A stretch of DNA of 64,000 bases from positions 4,408-68,407 of the forward strand of contig JAFWNC010000018.1 of assembly GCA_017510525.1 (NCBI GenBank), in the 5' to 3' direction. Each line of letters begins with the position of its first letter. The stretch's first letter is position 1. Both the position numbers and the translations under genes were made by a program. A model generated the notes under the pieces. That model worked only from the letters and a program-made list of their open reading frames with translations, was not told the DNA's origin and did not search any database. Positions 62,092-64,000 of the stretch are shown here, one piece after another. The stretch is from Clostridia bacterium (GTDB taxonomy: Bacteria; Bacillota; Clostridia; TANB77; CAG-508).

Positions 62092-62946
62092 TTATTCCTC
62101 AACATCAAAGTTTATATTTTTAGCAACAATATCAACATGAGCAACATACATAGCAGTCAAATTCTCAATCTCTCTAGTAATTCTTTTCTTTAGTTCAAGT
62201 AAAGTATCAACAATATTGACACCATAATTAATTGATACTTCCATATAAATAATAACCCCGCCAACATCTTCTGAAGTCTTGTCAATTCTAGCTTTTAATA
62301 TTTTGTGAACTCCCTCAACTCTTGAAGAAACATTTTTAATAATATCTTTAAATACACTATCTGAAATAGTAAAATTACCCATATAGCTAAAAGTTGGCCT
62401 TATGATAGACTTTTCTGAAATATAAGGTGCTCCGTTTTTTCCTTTAGCTTTAAAAATCTGAAGAGGATCTAACAAATAACCCGAAAAATCTTTTTTTATC
62501 TCAAAGGTTGGAACAGGAATAACATGTTTTCCCTGAGTAACCCTTATACGTCTAGCAGTTTCCATTTCTTCCTCAGTTGCAACATCATTAATATATACCC
62601 TTTCTGAAATTGGTGAAAGTCCTAAATTTTCAGCAATTTTATCAACCATACCATCAGAAGTTCCTAAAATTAATATACTTTCAGGTTTATATTTTCTTAA
62701 AGCATCTTGAATTTCTTTTCTTTTTTCTTCATTTCCAAAAAGCGCATTTCTGACAGTCTCAATTTTTGTAGGTGCTTTTTTAGCTGAAACCCCAGCAATA
62801 ACCTCATTATCTTTAATTAGTAATCCATCATCAATAATATAATTAATATTTTTAATACCTGCAACATATTGAGCTCTATAGCTTTTACCCGTCCCTGATG
62901 GGCCAATAAATGCATATGTCTTAGTTTTCAATAAAGTATATAACAT
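62092..62946 (-). CDS. Hypothetical protein: N-terminal P-loop (GPSGTGKS) domain fused to an Asp23/Gls24-like C-terminal domain
   Basis: Walker A motif; C-terminal region (GVIIYMEVSINYGVNIVDTLLELKKRI) resembles the Asp23 family. Confidence 0.4.
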   Translation of the reverse strand: MLYTLLKTKTYAFIGPSGTGKSYRAQYVAGIKNINYIIDDGLLIKDNEVIAGVSAKKAPTKIETVRNALFGNEEKRKEIQDALRKYKPESILILGTSDGMVDKIAENLGLSPISERVYINDVATEEEMETARRIRVTQGKHVIPVPTFEIKKDFSGYLLDPLQIFKAKGKNGAPYISEKSIIRPTFSYMGNFTISDSVFKDIIKNVSSRVEGVHKILKARIDKTSEDVGGVIIYMEVSINYGVNIVDTLLELKKRITREIENLTAMYVAHVDIVAKNINFDVEE

Positions 62947-62957
62947 AAAACCTCCAT

Positions 62958-64000
62958 CTACTCAATTGTTATAATAGTATCTACAACAGAATCTTGACCA
63001 GTTGTATTTGTATTATTAGTAGTGTTTGTAGTATTAGAACTATTTGAATTTACATTAACAACCGTAGTATCATTATTGTCAGCATTATTAGAATTTACAC
63101 CACTTGTATGATTATTATCTATTGTATTATCTATATTGTTTTCCACTTTATTATTTTCATTATTATTACTTTCAGTTTTCTTTTCTTCTTGGTCAATTCT
63201 TTCTTTCTTTTCTTTATCATAATATGACTTAGTATAATTTGTTTCCTTCGTTACATATCTCTCATCGACTTCATAATAATGATTTACGGCGTTCCAAGAT
63301 CCTTTTCTCTTTTGATCATTAATAATATCATAAACATAATCTTTATAATTCTTTTTGTCTGATGAATACTTATATTCTTGTCTACCAACTTCAATCTTAT
63401 CTTCTTTTTCATTATAAGAAATTGAAGCTTCATAATAGATACTTTTTCCTTGATCAGCACACTCTTTTTTTATTTGATCAATTATCTCTAAAATTTCAAA
63501 TTTATAAAAGCCATAATCCTTATCATCCCAAGTTTCAAAAAAAACATTACAATTATCATCTTGGTAATACATAGAATAATGTCCTGGTGAATATACATCT
63601 GTTAAAACCGGTATATTATTTAACTCATAAATGTCATTTTTATATAGACTTTCACTTGAAACAAATCTATTGTATATAGCAATATTCTCATAATAATCAT
63701 ACATTGAAATATTATATATGTTTTCACCATTAGTTAAATTAATTGTATTCTCAGTAAAACTAAATTTAGAGTTATCATTTTTAGTATACTCATATACAAA
63801 ATTATAAACCTTTTCCTCTAAATCCTGATAATCTATCTTATTCATATCATGTTCGAAATCATATACTTCACCTTCACTAGTATAACTACTATAGCCCCAA
63901 GCCATATTTTTATATAATTCAGAAGTTAAAATATTTTTTATTCCAGTATTATAAGTAAATAAATCTTTGAATTTTATTTTTTCACCAGTATCTAATCTAT
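62958..64000 (-). CDS. Hypothetical protein with Asn/Thr-rich C-terminus; N-terminus lies beyond the window end
   Basis: The ORF remains open in the same frame through position 64000 (MAWGY is an internal Met). Confidence 0.4.
   Translation of the reverse strand, partial: RLDTGEKIKFKDLFTYNTGIKNILTSELYKNMAWGYSSYTSEGEVYDFEHDMNKIDYQDLEEKVYNFVYEYTKNDNSKFSFTENTINLTNGENIYNISMYDYYENIAIYNRFVSSESLYKNDIYELNNIPVLTDVYSPGHYSMYYQDDNCNVFFETWDDKDYGFYKFEILEIIDQIKKECADQGKSIYYEASISYNEKEDKIEVGRQEYKYSSDKKNYKDYVYDIINDQKRKGSWNAVNHYYEVDERYVTKETNYTKSYYDKEKKERIDQEEKKTESNNNENNKVENNIDNTIDNNHTSGVNSNNADNNDTTVVNVNSNSSNTTNTTNNTNTTGQDSVVDTIITIE

Overview
The window is a very AT-rich chromosomal segment from a spore-forming Firmicute, probably Clostridia-like. 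It carries spoIIP, spoVS, dpaA, ymdB, rny and SD-type ribosome-binding sites. Almost all genes are on the minus strand: partial gltD-like oxidoreductase, NodB deacetylase, comEB, spoIIP, MBL hydrolase, relA, recJ, an LmrCD-like ABC exporter pair, rny, a type A rnpB, spoVS, ymdB, dprA, folD, uppP, dpaA, rqcH (plus strand), pta-ackA-ackA', an rluA-family gene (plus strand), ligA, pgsA, UPF0182, ftsY, a CDF transporter, patatin, VTC/DUF4956/beta-helix triad, tRNA-Thr(CGU), EndoQ-like, gpsA-plsY-der, rpmF, plsC and cmk.

The one accessory-looking locus is 8.4-16.9 kb. Two paralogous surface proteins, each with a prepilin-like N-terminus and BspA-type leucine-rich repeats, flank three glycosyltransferases and a Wzy_C (PglL/WaaL-like) membrane protein. 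A third paralog lies at 25.3-26.6 kb.

The most unusual signal is in seven conserved, mostly essential genes: relA, an ackA copy, the rluA-family gene, ftsY, the CDF transporter, a DUF4956 gene and gpsA. Each is interrupted by the same event, a single extra C immediately 5' of a conserved glycine GGN codon. This creates an in-frame CGG followed shortly by a stop. Deleting that C restores full-length homology in every case. This could be widespread +1 recoding, a systematic sequencing artefact, or pseudogenes; the sequence alone cannot decide.

Two dispersed, co-oriented structured repeat families fill many intergenic regions. One is a composite GC-rich three-hairpin element of about 100 bp at about 16 loci. 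The other is a roughly 105-nt element with covarying stems in 5 copies.
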